NCBI RefSeq assembly: GCF_006345805.1
Contig: NW_021836691.1
Span: 1 to 23,027 of the forward strand
Direction: 5' to 3'
Source of the DNA: Octopus sinensis
Taxonomy: Eukaryota
DNA length: 23,027 bases
Numbering within the stretch: the stretch's first letter is position 1; the number at the start of each line of letters is the position of its first letter. Made by a program: the position numbers and the translations under genes. Positions 11,686 to 22,344 of this stretch are shown here, piece after piece. The notes beneath the pieces were generated by a model. That model was not told the origin of the DNA. It saw only the letters and a list, made by a program, of their open reading frames with translations, and made no database searches.

Positions 11686-12037
11686 CAAGGCCCAGTATGT
11701 CTAATAGGATTTGACGTCTAAAGTAGCTGGCATGCATCATCTGCTTGTTGCACGGGTGCAGTTAAGCAATAGCTTTTCGGCATTATACAATAAATAATAT
11801 TGCACACGCCTCTCTTGCTACCCCGCTCCACTACTGTTTCTGTTTGTCTTTCACCGTGTCGTCCCCTCTCCTTCCTTTTGTCCCTCCCTTTCTCCCGCCC
11901 TCTCCCTCTCTTCCTCTCTCTCTCTCTCACTATCGCTCTCTCTCTCTCTCTTCCCTCCTCTATCAGCTCTTTCATACAGCTATAGCAACATACACCTGTA
12001 CGTATTTCAATGTAATCTAAAACATGCGCATATTCAT

Positions 12038-12931
12038 TCACACACACACCTCTGTGTGTGTGTGCGTGTGTGCGCGTGTGCAGTGTGTGCGTGTGTATGA
12101 CGTGTGTGTGTGTTTAAGATTATATTATACGTATATACATGTAATGTGTGTGTGTACATGTATGTAAGTATATATAATATATACATATACTATTATATAT
12201 ATCTATATATTATATATATATATATATACATATATATATGTATGTATATATTATGTATTTGTGTATGTATACACACACACAAACACACACATACAATATA
12301 TATATATATATATATCTATGTACGTGTACGTATTTGTGTCAGCTTGCATATGGATTTCTGAATTGTTCATATATCATGTTTGCCTTGTATGTATGTATGT
12401 ATGTATGTATGTATGTATGTATGTATGTATGTATGTATGCATGTATGTGTATGTATGTATGTATGTATGTATTATTTATGTATGTATGTATGTATGTATG
12501 TATGCATGTATGTGTATGTATGTATGTATGTATGTATGTATTTATGTATGTATGTATGTATGTATGCATGCATGTATGTGTATGTATGTATGTATGTATG
12601 TATGCATGTATGTATGTGTGTATATACGTACATATGTATGTATGCATGTATATATGTATGTATGTATGTATCTATCTATCTATCTCTGTGTGTTGGTATG
12701 AATGCTGCATGCATGGATACACACACACACACACACCTCATATATAATATATAATATATAATATATAATATATAATGTATATATAGAAAGATAGATACAT
12801 ACATACATACATACTTACATACATACATATGCACACATACATACATACGCACATATATATATAATTATATATAAATACACGTATACATATATATAATTAC
12901 ACATACACACTCACATACACACATATGATTA

Positions 12932-12981
<50 letters not shown>

Positions 12982-13117
12982 ATAGAATATACTATTATAT
13001 ATGAGTCTGTCTATTCATGCACATTTGTATAAACATCTGAATAAGTGTATATCTAGTTTCATAAGCGTGTTGCCCGTCTATTGTGTCGCAATATCTTAGT
13101 AGATCACACAACCATAG

Positions 13118-13207
<90 letters not shown>

Positions 13208-13710
13208 TTGTATAAGTAAATTCTATTGTAATGTATGTTGTGAAATAAATTTGGTGATGTATTTCATATTTGGTAGAGAAGAGAGCGAAAGATCAAACAA
13301 TTAGGACACGTGTTGTGACATATGATTTCACTTTTGGATTACTATGATGGAGACATTTACATCAGATAGTGGTCTATGTATGTGTGTATAAGTGTACGCA
13401 TATATGTGTGTGCATATTTATTTGCTTATATCTGTGTGTGTGTGTATGTATATATATAAATATACACACACACACATATATATATATAATTATATATTTA
13501 CATATACATATATATACATATGCATACATGCAAGTACACATGCATACATGCATATGAGTGGGGTATGCATGTCAGTATATGCATATATATATATATATAA
13601 ACATACATACATACATACATACATATTTTACAGACAAGAAAGTAATGAAAGTTTGTTAACAAAATCACATATACACGCACATATGTATACATGATATAAT
13701 ATATATATAG

Positions 13711-13745
<35 letters not shown>

Positions 13746-13819
13746 TATATCCGTGTGTATGAATAGATATACGTCTATATTCTTATTTATACATGTGTAT
13801 AACATATATATATTTATAA

Positions 13820-13885
<66 letters not shown>

Positions 13886-14070
13886 GCATATAGAGATATA
13901 TGTATATCTATATATGTATATTATGCACATACATTTGTATAACAATATAATAGAAATATATATGTATATATAAAAATCACATATACATGCATACACACAT
14001 ACACACACTCAAACACATACACACAAGCACACGTAAACACACGCATACGCACGCACGCACACACACAAAC
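12038..14070. repeat. Microsatellite field (TG, TA, TATG, ATATA, TACA, CA) with short unique spacers
   Basis: Direct reading; long interrupted (TATG)n ~12386-12670. Confidence 0.93.
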
Positions 14071-14369
14071 AAAAGTATGACATGTTAGCATAGTAACAAA
14101 TACAACATTTGTTTTAGATGGCGCGCTTTCAGAGGATCCACACTTAATGTGAGAAAAATCAATACTTGAAACTAATGTATTGTTCAAGTATGTAATATAT
14201 TACTTAAGAGAAAATAAAACAATGTCTATCAGTATTTACGAGAATTTATCTACATCCATATTGAATCTTATATCTTGACATCTATTAATATAAATTGTAA
14301 AATAAGTCAGTGTGCCGCAAGGAGAAACGAGTTCTAATGTTATGGACGGCGCCCTTCTTTGAAATAATA

Positions 14370-14586
14370 ACAGTTTCAAATTTGGGCACGAGGCCAACAA
14401 TTTTGGGGAAGCAAGTAAGTTGGCTACAGTGACCCCAGTGCTCAACCGGTACTTAATTTATCGACCTTGGAAGGATGAAAGGCAAAGTCGACCTCGGTGG
14501 CATTTGAACTCAGAACGTAAAGACGGATGAAATACCGTTAAGCATCATGCCCAGTGTGTTAACGATTCTGCCAGATCACGGCCTTA
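14370..14586 (-). mobile_element. tRNA-derived SINE, family A, full length with perfect 16-bp TSD
   Basis: Minus strand: tggcagaatcgtt A box, gagttcaaatgcc B box, gtcgactttgcctttcatccttcc...gataaattaagtacc; TSD cttctttgaaataata at 14354-14369 and 14587-14602. Confidence 0.93.
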
Positions 14587-14630
14587 CTTCTTTGAAATAA
14601 TATCTGCTTTCATTTTTATCGCTTTCATAT

Positions 14631-14751
14631 CCCGTCGAGGTTAACTTTATTCTTTTGCGTTCGATAAAATAAAGTACCAGCAACTGGGATCGATGTAATC
14701 AACTAACTCTTCCCTCCAAAATTGTTAACCGTGTGTCACAATTTGTAACCA
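14631..14751 (+). mobile_element. SINE family A, 5'-truncated diverged copy
   Basis: cgtcgaggttaacttt...cgataaaataaagtaccag...ctgggatcgatgtaatc...ccaaaattg...aatttgtaacca aligns to the reverse complement of 14370-14500. Confidence 0.75.
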
Positions 14752-15535
14752 CTTCACCGCTTATATTATTTATTTGTCTTGTTCTTCCTTTCTATTGTGT
14801 TTATTTGTTAATCGTAAGTTTGGCAAGGCATTAAACTCTATCCAGTGGTGAGGTTTCAGCTCAAGAGTTCCGAAGTTTTGAAGAGTTCAGAATTACTCCT
14901 TAGTCACCAGTACTCCTTGCTCCGGTCAGTCTAGAGGTGTTAGTTTCTGTCAAGGAATACCAGTTATGGGTCACATAATGATGAATGAGCCTGTGACTAA
15001 AGTATACAGGACTCGGAGATGAGCTGGATCCTAGACACGTCTCACAGACGCCTACCGGTGTATGGACATACTCTGATGTCACGTGAACTAGTGTCCTTGC
15101 CGAAGAGTTAAATAGGTCTTGTACATCAAGGATCGCCCAGAGAGAGTACGCGACTATGAATAAACCGGTAGAAGTCAACAGGAAATTGTTGCTGTGTCTT
15201 AAGAAAAAATCATGAATCTTCAGTCGCTATAGCTTTCAGCAAATTTGTGTGCTGTATATAACATCATTTTATATCAATGTATAAAAATCAAAACATCAAT
15301 CTGGATAATCTTTGCCCTTCTCCTGCCGTTGTTGATTAATGAAACACTGCAGAACATATCCCAACACTTGCAGGAAGTAATGACTTTATTTCCCAGAGAA
15401 AAGATTATCCTTAAGAACTCGGTTGATCCAAGAGTTTTACTGAACTCTAAGAGCATGTTTTTTTGTCTTTGTTCGCATGAGCGGAATACATATAGTTAAA
15501 TGATTCGGATCCATCTTAGTAGTAGCGCATACTGT

Positions 15536-15537
15536 AT

Positions 15538-15581
<44 letters not shown>

Positions 15582-15636
15582 ATTATATATACATGCGTAT
15601 ATATATGTATATGTATCCATCTATCTTCTATCTTTC

Positions 15637-15695
<59 letters not shown>

Positions 15696-15704
15696 CATCT
15701 TATA

Positions 15705-15740
<36 letters not shown>

Positions 15741-15762
15741 GGTCGGTCGGTTTGTCTGTCTG
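15536..15762. repeat. (TA)n,(TCTA)n,(TCTG)n,(TCGG)n compound microsatellite
   Basis: Direct reading. Confidence 0.95.
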
Positions 15763-16301
15763 TAAATCAGGTGATAAAAGGACTTGCTCACTCCATTTTC
15801 CTTGCTTTTGTAATTGTAAAATCTCTGCGGATACTTGTGGATTTTCAGGTATGTGCTTGATCAATCTCCGGATTACCTTCCGTCTGATAGCTGTCCCCCG
15901 GAATGAGCATAGTAAGGTAAACTCCAGGGTTAACACCCGAATGAAATTATTACATATACACGGGTACGTATGTATGTGGATGGGTGTGTGTGTATGTGGG
16001 TGGGTGGCGTATGTGTGTTTGTGTGTATGTGGGTGGGGGCGTATGCGGGTGGAGCGTATGTGTGTGTGTGTGCAAGTGTATGTATGTATAGATACGTGGA
16101 TGTGTGCGTGTGTGTGTATGTATTTATATATATATATGTGTGTGTGTGTCAGTGTGTGTCTCTGTATAGCTTTTCGACTGCGAATGATCTGTGTGTCTTG
16201 TTTTTGTCCTGTATGCCGTGTGTTATGCTATCGTCCTTTTTCCAGCATGTGTTTTGATGGTTTCCGTTTGTAGTGTTCATTCTGTCCTACCTTTGATTTT
16301 A

Positions 16302-16373
16302 TACATACATACATACATGCATACATACATACATACATGCATACATACATACATACATACATACATACATACA

Positions 16374-16409
<36 letters not shown>

Positions 16410-16415
16410 TATATA
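16302..16415. repeat. (TACA)n(TA)n
   Basis: Direct reading. Confidence 0.95.
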
Positions 16416-16417
16416 AT

Positions 16418-16930
16418 TTTGGGACAAGAACGCAAAACATCCAGAAAGGGACAACAAAAGATGCAGATAGACGATACAAAGAAAACAAGGACGGGTTATT
16501 CGGAGTTTTCTTTCTTCAGTCGAGTTCCAGATTATCTTTGCAATTTCGGCTGGTTATACTCCAGATTGCTCCGATCTGGCCAGCTCCAAGGAAAAAAGTA
16601 AGCTAAGAGCATTAGATTCATTAGAAGAAAGTAGCGAATGTATACGAAAACAAGGACGGAAAAAGAAAACGAAGACTGTTACACAAATACACATAACAGG
16701 ATATAACAACAGGTGTCTTTCGACTAAGGACGAATTAAATTAAGCTGGCGTGTGTGGAAGTAAAGCCTTACAGCAGGGATAGAAGATTTTACAGGCACAG
16801 GGATGTTGCTCGGATGGCAGCCGAGTCAAGAAAGAAAGGTCAGGCTTGGCCGAAAACCGGTCACGTGGGGAGAGAAGAGTGAGAGGTAGAGGCCGAGGTA
16901 GAGGGACAGAAGAAATAAGGAGGGGTGAGA
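16418..16930 (-). mobile_element. Interspersed repeat family D (possibly Penelope-terminal-repeat-derived)
   Basis: Reverse complement of 16420-16616 aligns to 22036-22205 (ctaatgctc.tagctta...gctggcc.gatcggagc.atct...cagccgaaattgc...gactgaaga...cccgtcc...gttttgcgttcttgtccca); right boundary and strand uncertain. Confidence 0.65.
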
Positions 16931-17699
16931 TATATATTTACGCTAACATAAATGATTGTGAGAATAACTACTTAAACAGCTATGTATGGTGGTGGGGTGG
17001 TTGTTTGCGTGTGTGCATATGTGTGTGTATCTACATATGAACATAAATAGCTATGTGGTTATATAAGATTACATAAGATAATTGTATAACCACTAACAGA
17101 TATGTACATAGGTGGGTTTGTTGACATAAACTGAAATTCTTTTAGAAACATTCACCGACATACTTCCATATACCTTCCCCTCCACACACACACACACACA
17201 CATACACGCACACACACACAAGCAAATATAGACAATGTGTGTATGTATATCAGTACGTATGTGTGTATGTATGTCTGTGTTTGTGTGTGTGTCTGATTGT
17301 CTGTCTGTCTGTGTGTATGTATGTATGTATGTGTGTATGTCGGGTCACTTGTGAGTTTTCTCATGAATGCTACTGGTAACATGGAATTCTGTACAACCTG
17401 TTGCGTGGTTGGGTCGTCGTCGACTAAACCGGCACCCCGCATCAGGCTAGCCTAATGAAGAAACCCAGTAGGATTAAAAACACGACCAAAGGAAGGATGA
17501 ACACGACCAAAAGGAAGGATGAACTCAGCGTAGTTTCAACGACTATGAAGCAATAGGACGGGCACTCAGAAATTTCGGGAGATGTCCTGCGTGCTTTTGT
17601 CCCCTCAGCTTTTGTTAAAGCGTGTCTCTCGGAGAGGATCACTCTAATATAATGCTGGATATACAGGGACTGACAGTAGACATTTTTGGGGGTCTTTTG

Positions 17700-17895
17700 C
17701 TTAAGTTTGAGATCATGGGGTTCTCACACTCCTGAATCTGTGATCCATATTGGCTAGATATCTTGTCTCAACTTGCCTCAAGATCATGTCAATAGCGTGG
17801 AAAGGATTTATAATGTCATGTAAGCCTTTTTGGATCAAAAATTTTGTACAGGTATTGCTTTGTCAGGAATGGTGATACTCGTCTACGAGTTGAAA
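17700..17895 (-). pseudogene. Relic GIY-YIG endonuclease C-terminus of a Penelope-like element
   Basis: 17774-17700 translates KLRQDI*PIWITDSGV*EPHDLKLK, fitting the spacing RxxxExxWIxxLxTxxPxGLN (tag<gag, tca<tta, gat<ggt, aaa<aay are single-base changes); hammerhead-like motif ~90 bp downstream. Confidence 0.5.
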
Positions 17896-17965
17896 GCTAT
17901 CACGTATGTATGTATGTATGTATGTATGTATGTATGTTATGTATGTATGTATGTATGTATGTATG

Positions 17966-17998
<33 letters not shown>

Positions 17999-18000
17999 GT

Positions 18001-18324
18001 GAAGGCGTGTGACTGAGTGATTAGGGCATTCCGCTCACGATTGTAAGGTCGTGAGTTCAATTCCTGGCGACGCGTTGTGTCCTTGAGCAAGACACTTTAT
18101 TTCACGTTACTCCGGTCCACTAAGCTGGCAAAAATGAGTTGTGTCTATATTTCGACGGACCGGTCTTGTCACACTCTATGTCACGCTGAATCTCCCCGAG
18201 AACTACGTTAAGGACCGCACGTGTCTGTGGATTGCTCAGTCACTTGCATATTAATTTCACGAGCGAGCTGTTCCGTTGATCGTATCAGCTGGGACCTTCG
18301 TCGTCGTAACCGATGCAGTGCTCC
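18001..18324 (+). mobile_element. tRNA-derived CORE-like SINE, family B2, between two (TATG)n tracts
   Basis: A-box-like tgactgagtga, B box gagttcaattcc (18053-18064), CORE-like ttgtgtccttgagcaagacact; 5' half homologous to 7129-7392; (TATG)n at 17905-17998 and 18325-18452. Confidence 0.88.
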
Positions 18325-18847
18325 TATGTATGTATGTATGTATGTATGTATGTATGTATGTATGTATGTATGTATGTATGTATGTATGCATGCATGTATG
18401 TATGTATGTATGTATGTATGTATGTATGTATGTATGTATGTATGTATGTATGTGCGTATGTTCCGTAACGTGTTTTAGGTAGCTTGACCTGTTATGATCT
18501 TCCCAGTTGTTAAATTTCGCCACAAAATCCCGTAGTCATTTACTGGATCTCGGTCTTTAGACTTAAAATTGCTATGTTCATTATCTTTGACCTAATTTAT
18601 TTTGCATGTATTACCTTTTACTGAAGGACAAAGACTATTGATTGAAGTTTTAAGCCTCACTTTTAACGCTTACATCTGTCTTGTATATTTTGTTGTTAAC
18701 ACATGCATGTCTATGGTCATTAAACATTTCACTGAGCAATCAGCTGTCTCTGCGTTCAATCTCGCTACGCAGAACCTTGGGTAAAGATTATCAACCATAG
18801 TATCAGAGTGTGAGTGGAATATAATAAACAATGATCATAAAACCAAC

Positions 18848-18848
<1 letters not shown>

Positions 18849-18935
<87 letters not shown>
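18849..18935. repeat. (TCTA)n microsatellite
   Basis: Direct reading. Confidence 0.97.
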
Positions 18936-18968
18936 GTCTGGGTGTTTGTATGTCTGTGTGTATATGTG

Positions 18969-19054
18969 TATGTGACTTGGAACTTTCGCAGGTCCCGGTT
19001 GTGTTCAAACCGTCATTTTGAACACGACCAGTGATGAAATTTCGAAGTCACATA
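18969..19054. repeat. ~86-bp imperfect palindrome (mini-MITE-like)
   Basis: tatgtgactt/aagtcacata outer stem; ggttgtgttcaaa (18997-19009)/tttgaacacgacc (19017-19029) inner stem. Confidence 0.8.
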
Positions 19055-19425
19055 TATATTAGACTTTGGACATGCACTAAACTTATTACTCGATCAATGT
19101 CTGTTGTCTTCATGCATTTAGAAACATTTATTTTTTATAACACACACATACACACACGCACACACACGCACACTCATATATATGTATGCACACAGAAACA
19201 CATACGCGTATACACACATACCCACATACGCATGCACACACATGGATACAGGCATCTATTAATACATTTCTATTGAACATCTTTCTCCTGTTAATATCAC
19301 GTGATCGTTAAAGTAGTACAACTAATCGTGCTAAGAAGTTATTTTAGTTTTCTTTATAAATGCTTCCCTGCACTCAGACATTTATAAATGTTATATCAAA
19401 ATAACTATCGCTTTCTAATTCCTAT

Positions 19426-19543
19426 TCTCCCCCTCCTCCCCTTCTCTCTCCGCTCTCTTTTTTTCTCTTTCTTTCTCCTTCGTCTTTCTCTCTCTTTCTC
19501 TCGCCCTCCTTCTTCACTATTTCTCTTCATTTCTTTCCCTCTC
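19426..19543. repeat. Polypyrimidine (CT-rich) tract
   Basis: Almost purely C/T on the + strand. Confidence 0.85.
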
Positions 19544-19758
19544 ATATCTTTAAACGTTTTGCTTTGACATCACGTGTGAGCTGCAGACGATGTAATCGGT
19601 TACTATTATATATTGCTGATTCTTAGCCAATTCTAAATATAACTAGGAGAGTACATTCGGAAAATTGAACCACTGGAGGATTCGAAATTACGAATATAAA
19701 TTATAATATATCGTCATGTGCACGATGGACGGCGAGAATCGGGACGATGACATGCATG

Positions 19759-20026
19759 TTCATTCTTAATAAGTTCTGGTAGATTCCAATGTAAATATGC
19801 TAATCGTTGCTGTAAGCTTAATTTATAAAGAAGAGTCATTGGTCTGATGCCGCTTTGACCGAGAAGACACAACTATGTCGAAACATCGGGTGCCCCAAAG
19901 TTCTCTTACGCTCATAAACTGTGTTATGAACACATGTTCGTGTGAAAGGAATTGTTATGCAATGAAGAAACAAAACAGCGATTAGCATATTCACGTTCGA
20001 ATCTGTCGGAACGTATTAAGAATGAA
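19759..20026. mobile_element. Element with 51-bp inverted termini enclosing a decayed hammerhead-like motif
   Basis: 19759-19809 vs reverse complement of 19976-20026, ungapped, about 8 mismatches, mostly transitions. Confidence 0.65.
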
Positions 20027-20528
20027 TAAATATAATTATATTCCCTAAAAATTTCCATCTTATTTGTTTTGGTTACTTATTTGTTTCATTATTAGAATGC
20101 TTTGGCTGTTCCGGTATCTGGCTTACTTATTGATGGAAAGTACCTACAAGTTTTCCTTTATCATTTATTATTAGAAGTCATATTGATCTTTCCTTTACTC
20201 CACTCTGTGCCTTTCTCTCTACCCTTCATTATCCATTTTCTTTCTTTCCTCTCACCCTTCGGTAACACGTGACCATCCTGTTTCGCCTTCACTTCCTTTT
20301 CCTACTTCCCGTTGACTTCTTCAGTTATTCTTTTTGGTTATCTCGCCTTAGCATTCAATTTCAACCCCAGGATCGTCTTATTTTTCCTCTTTCGTTCTAT
20401 ATTTCCCTCCATTTCTTTCATCCTTCAACCTTTCATTCTGTCTTGCTGCCTCTCTACTTTTATTCTCGAGTTTGATAGAACATTTCTCCATTAGCGTTAC
20501 TTCTGTAGATGTCTTGTCATATGATGTT

Positions 20529-20546
20529 TCATAGCCGAAAGGCCTT

Positions 20547-20578
<32 letters not shown>

Positions 20579-20680
20579 TGTATGTATGTATGTATGTATG
20601 TATGTATGTATGTATGCATGCAGGTATGTACGTATGCATGCATGTTTGTATGTATGTGTGTGTGTGCAAGTGTGTGTTTG

Positions 20681-20760
<80 letters not shown>
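20529..20760. repeat. (TATG)n,(TG)n,(CT)n,(TA)n compound microsatellite
   Basis: Direct reading. Confidence 0.96.
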
Positions 20761-20761
<1 letters not shown>

Positions 20762-20836
20762 GAGTGTGTGGACAAATGAAAGAAGGGCACTCAATCAATT
20801 TATTGGGAGTTATATGTATAGATCAAAACAGTTTGA

Positions 20837-20901
20837 TTCAAATTCGTTGGTACTTTTGAGTTTCAAGCATAATGCTAGTCGTCAGCCATTTTGACTTTGA
20901 A
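20837..20901 (-). ncRNA. Type I hammerhead ribozyme motif (left arm of palindrome 2)
   Basis: Minus strand: ttcaaagtc aaaa tgg CTGACGA ct agca tta tgct t GAAA ctcaaaag TA cca ac gaatttgaa; one stem III and one stem I mismatch. Confidence 0.68.
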
Positions 20902-21563
20902 TGACAGAAGTTGATTGTTCTTACTGTATGGTGGGATGCGATTGGTCGACGAAGGTCACGCGGTGTCGTGGTTTGATGTTGCTATATGGGTTACAGTTAG
21001 TTGGAAAATACCGCTTGGTGAATCGGAAATTGACTACGTGGAGGACAGGAAATAGACTACGTGGCAATTAAGAAATCGGGCAGCTTGTTGGGGGAGTTGT
21101 AAGAGGGCGGCATGTGCAAGTATATAGTTTTGTATGTGGGTGAGTAGACACGCTCGTATAGTTTTGCGTGCATGTGTATAGTGATGTGAGCGTGTGCATT
21201 TGTATATGGGCGCGCACGTGTGTATGTATGTGTGTGCAGACGTGCGCGTGCGTGCTCTTATACAGATGTGCACGCTCGCATCAATATACACATGCACGCA
21301 AAACTATATGTGCCTGTCTACTCACTCACATATAGAACTATATACTTGCACATGCCACCTCTTCCTAGTCCCCCCAACAACGTGACTGATTTCCTAATCG
21401 CCACATAGTCTATTTCCTGTCCTCTATGTCGTCAATTTCCTGTTCACCATGCAGTATTTTCCAACTAATTGCTACCCATATACCAACGTCAAATCACGAC
21501 ACCACCTGACCTTCCTCGACCAATCGCAGCCCACCTTACGGTAATAACAATCAACTTCTGTTG

Positions 21564-21628
21564 TTCAAATTCAAAATGGCTGACGACTAGCATCACGCTT
21601 GAAACTCAAGAGTACCAACGAATTTGAA
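21564..21628 (+). ncRNA. Type I hammerhead ribozyme motif (right arm of palindrome 2), best-preserved copy
   Basis: ttcaaattc aaaa tgg CTGACGA(21580-86) ct agc atcac gct t GAAA(21601-04) ctc aa gag TA cca ac gaatttgaa: stem I 3 bp + internal loop + 9 bp, stem III actc/gagt, predicted GUA cleavage after 21614. Confidence 0.78.
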
Positions 21629-21641
21629 TCAAACTGTTTTA

Positions 21642-21642
<1 letters not shown>

Positions 21643-21718
<76 letters not shown>

Positions 21719-21763
21719 CCTACCTACCTACCTACCTATCTACCTACCTACGTACCTACATAC

Positions 21764-21832
<69 letters not shown>

Positions 21833-21877
21833 CATCCATCCATCCATCCATCCATCCATCCATCCATCCATCCATCC

Positions 21878-21957
<80 letters not shown>

Positions 21958-22016
21958 GTCTGTCTGTCTATCTATCTATATCTATATCTATATCTATATC
22001 TATATCTATATATATA
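21643..22016. repeat. (TCTA)n/(CCTA)n/(TCCA)n/(TATATC)n compound microsatellite
   Basis: Direct reading. Confidence 0.97.
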
Positions 22017-22210
22017 TGCTCGTAGCTTAGTTTTTCTAATGCTCGTAGCTTAGTTTTTCCTTGGGGCTGGCCGGATCGGAGCGATCTCAAGATTAATCAG
22101 CCGAAATTGCTACGATGATCCGGTTCTTGACTGAAGATTGAGGGCTTCGAATGTCCCGTCCGTGTTTTTTGTATCGTCTTCTATGTGTTTTGCGTTCTTG
22201 TCCCAGTCTG
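22016..22210 (+). mobile_element. Interspersed repeat family D, second copy, inverted relative to 16418-16616
   Basis: Alignment as above; begins with tandem duplication atgctcgtagcttagtttttc (22016-22036, 22039-22059). Confidence 0.7.
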
Positions 22211-22344
22211 TACTTTTCTACATATAATAATTATATATATATACACACATACATATACCATCTACCTGTGTCGTTTTCCATTATGTCTTGTCCTTATTCT
22301 ATCTTCGTCTATCGCTTGTTTATGTTTTCGCCATCATCCTTTAC

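Larger units (their letters stand above)
20818..21647. mobile_element. Palindromic element 2: ~830-bp near-complete palindrome (arms ~400 bp, loop ~21220-21239)
   Basis: atagatcaaaacagtttgattcaaattcgttggtac... matches the reverse complement of ...gtaccaacgaatttgaatcaaactgttttaatctat and pairing continues inward to cgcgcacgt/acgtgcgcg. Confidence 0.92.

Noticed and set aside
15700-15936. 78-aa minus ORF as an exon
   Set aside because: Ends in (GACA)n, has no domain, and overlaps what looks like a decayed repeat fragment
16480-16600. Intact hammerhead in family D
   Set aside because: Both copies have GAAT rather than GAAA after CTGAAGA and lack a clear stem I/III; kept only as a weak hint
18001-18075. 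Possible tRNA gene (also the other SINE heads)
   Set aside because: A/B boxes are present but there is no cloverleaf, and the sequence continues into a SINE body
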